Positions 54,550 through 57,101 of a DNA stretch of 57,101 bases are shown one piece after another; positions within the stretch are counted from its first letter, which is position 1; each line of letters opens with the position of its first letter. The stretch is from Macrostomum lignano. Lineage: Eukaryota. The notes under the pieces were generated by a model. The model had not been told where the DNA came from, did not search any database, and was given only the letters and a program-made list of their open reading frames with translations. The DNA lies in contig NIVC01004168.1 in assembly GCA_002269645.1 (NCBI GenBank), positions 1 through 57,101 on the forward strand. The letters run 5' to 3'. The translations under genes were made by a program, and so were the position numbers.

Positions 54550-54890
54550 ATGGAAGGCTTAGAAGACTTCAATTTTGACGCTTTCTTTGCTGCTTTCGGA
54601 GTTGAGTCGACAACTCGAGTTTCTGCTGAGTCCCTGGACGAAGCTGCTCTAAAAAAAGAATCGACGAAAGTTTGCCTGCTGCTACCAGAGCAAAGGAAAA
54701 ATGGGCAATGAAGTTATTCAATCTATAGAAAGAGATGCGCGTCAATCGTCAGTTGACAGGCGATGAGTCAGGACTCATGGTTCTCAAGCCAACCGAGGAT
54801 CTTACGAAATCCGACCTGAATTATTTGCTCCAGTATTTTGTGTTCGAAGTTCGTAAAGAGAACTGGGAAAAGTTTCCAAATTCCACCTGG
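54550..54890 (+). pseudogene. Frameshifted Crypton/DUF3504-like (ZMYM/QRICH1-type) fragment
   Basis: IDESLPAATRAKEKWAMKLF, then a frameshift, then DLNYLLQYFVFEVRKENWEKFPNS, resembling ELNYWL.KFVLEVRKKDG..YPP.S. Confidence 0.6.
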
Positions 54891-55335
54891 CACCCTCAAA
54901 GATCTAGTCTTCATGATCCAACACGACTTTGTTTACGGACTTAAACGGACTTACTTAAATAAGTAATCGTAGTTTAAGTCACAGAATATACACAGAATGC
55001 CAAATCGAGCGATTTCCATGAAGCCGAATTAAAATTCGTGTGCACTACTCTTGTTGTGAAGTCTATGGCCAGTAGTATAAATTAGCGAAGAATAATAAAT
55101 AACCTGGAGGACCAAATGTAAAATTTTTATCATTTTTTCTTAGTTTATCATTTAAACAAACCAAACAATGAAGAACTCAAGTTAAACAGAATTCATTCGC
55201 ATCATCAACAAACAACAGCTAAGCAGAATTCATTCGCATCACAGTTAAACTACAGTTAAACAGCATTTAATCGCACCAGCTTTTTCCTCTCTTCAGCTCT
55301 CTTTATTCCTGTCGTACGCCCCCGCTTTCTCTGCT

Positions 55336-55411
55336 GAGCGAGCGTCCTCTGACTGTTGCACCAGTGATGCAGGCGAAGTCTGGCAAACAACTTGGCCATT
55401 GCCTTAGCACA
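55336..55411 (+). repeat. Direct repeat of about 75 bp, also at about 56976-57051
   Basis: GAGCGAGCGTCCTCTGACTGTTGCACCAGTGATGCAGGCGAAGTCTGGCAAAC(A)ACTTGG(C/T)CATTGCCTTAGCACAG occurs twice. Confidence 0.9.
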
Positions 55412-55430
55412 GGAGTGAGTTGGAGATCTG

Positions 55431-56220
55431 GGGGGGTCTTTCTCGAAAGCAACTTACGATCGGCCAAAGACGTAAGTTGGGGAGGAAGTGCTTATGGCTT
55501 GCTCGAAAGTCTCGCAACTTGAAACGACGTACGATCGATCGCAACTTTGTGAGCTCGTAACTTTGCCAAAAGACTGTTTCTCGAAACGTTCGTATGTCTA
55601 TGGTCTTTCGTAAGGTTGATCTTAACCCTACGACTGCTCGGTATCTCGGTAAGAAGCACTTATCGGAGAGATCTCAGGGTATGATATCTTTAATACTGCA
55701 AGTGAGAGCAAAGATCAGATCAAGTCTGAGGTTGTGATTGGTAGTGATGTCCACGACAACTGGTGTGTTCTGTGATTTAGGGGTCAATGTGGAGTTGTGC
55801 GGGTTGATTGTCTACTTTAATTGACTTGATCTGTTACGACTTTTAACTGTCAAGCCAAAAAACTGGTTAACAACTGCTCGCGTTCTAAAACATTATAATC
55901 TTTTGCTTGTACATGCATGTATTTCTTTGGGTACTTTCCTAAAATAAAATAAAATAAAACTGGTGCCCATTTCCTATTACTGTTAGTAAAAAAAGCAAGA
56001 AATACATATCATTTAAATTAGCTTTTTAGATTTGATTTTTTGTCTTCTCTTCCATAGGCAACACTTAATCGACTTAACTAGACTTATGAATCGCGTAAGT
56101 CACGCAAAGTCTAAGTGAGTTTCGAGAAACTGGCTTAGTATTGATCTTACGCAGAGCGTAAAGTTCTAACTTAAGATCGAACTTACCATAGAACTTACGC
56201 AATTTTCGAGAAAGACCCCC
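55431..56220. mobile_element. Non-autonomous PIF/Harbinger-like element (MITE), about 790 bp
   Basis: TIRs GGGGGTCTTTCTCGAAA / TTTCGAGAAAGACCCCC; CTG duplicated on both flanks (55428-55430, 56221-56223), consistent with a 3-bp CWG TSD; subterminal CTTACG/CGTAAG motifs. Confidence 0.72.
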
Positions 56221-57101
56221 CTGGACTGCAGTGTGGCCAGAACGGGACTTGAGCCCCCTGGTCGCACGCGCCCTGCAGTAACGACGACCATTCACAAAAG
56301 TGTACGGTAGAGCCCAGTTGATGCCAGCCCTGAGGCTGAGCCCCGGGTTGCAGGGTGTTCCCCACCTGCTAGTAGGGTTCAGGTGCTCCTCCTTTCTGCC
56401 ATTCTTTTTTTCTGGACTGGCATCCCAGCGCGGTTTTATCCCCATTCTTTTATTATTTTATCTGGCCATTAGAAGCCTTCCAATTCTCGGAGTTATGAGC
56501 TCTGCCCTACCTGCCCGGTCCATCCTGCTCTGTCCTTGGTCCATCTGCTGGCTCCTCTGGTTGTCTCCTTGCTTATTGTGTCTTGGCTCTCATCTCTGAC
56601 AGTGGATTGGAGTCCTGGGAAGGATGTTCGTCCCGAATCGGGGAAAACCGGCTGAGTCCGGTTTCCTCTTGCCCCTTGTGCCCCTCCCCCCCTTGGCCTG
56701 GCCTCCAATATTGAGCTGGATAGGTGATGCCCTTGTGGCTTGCAAGGAGACTCGCCCTCGGATACAAGCCTTCCAGACTCGCTCGAACAGTTAAGCCCCT
56801 TCCAAGACTTCTGGGTTTCCCCGCTCTTGGACGGCTTTCAGTAGTAAATCCAATTCTGTTTTTCGCGCACTCTCGAGGACTTGTCTGCTGGGGGGGGGGG
56901 GGGGTAGCCTGGGTGGACTCGTCCTAGCACCGTCCCCGATTCCACTTTTTGGGTTGGCAATGTCTTGTACTCTGCCGAGCGAGCGTCCTCTGACTGTTGC
57001 ACCAGTGATGCAGGCGAAGTCTGGCAAACACTTGGTCATTGCCTTAGCACAGCGTTCGCGCGTGAGGAATCGGGTGTCCGGGACTCCGGAGGGCACTTGT
57101 A

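Overview
Intron-containing, repeat-rich animal genomic DNA, not prokaryotic; most of the supplied ORF track is tandem-repeat artefact. The style resembles a free-living flatworm such as Macrostomum, but that is inference only. I could hand-splice these + strand genes: (1) the 3' part of a DSTYK-like gene whose kinase domain appears catalytically dead (1-4335); (2) a complete 5-exon Wnt11-like gene (5714-12399, 478 aa) with a remodelled index finger and an Arg/Gly-rich insert; (3) an intronless single-pass membrane protein ending in the PDZ-ligand-like EYFV (15721-16302); (4) a disrupted multi-domain F-type lectin gene (38116-41507) containing an RTE LINE fragment; (5) an intact signal peptide-PAN-F-type lectin gene (49286-50187). 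Positions 19403-35600 are a near-identical 8.1 kb tandem duplication carrying hAT-type MITEs that harbour a 21-bp satellite. The right third holds a 238-bp satellite, several MITEs, Crypton/DUF3504-like fragments and a 3.3 kb foldback element with G-quadruplex-motif 161-bp repeat arms around a decayed transposase. Family assignments come from recalled consensus sequences, not database searches.
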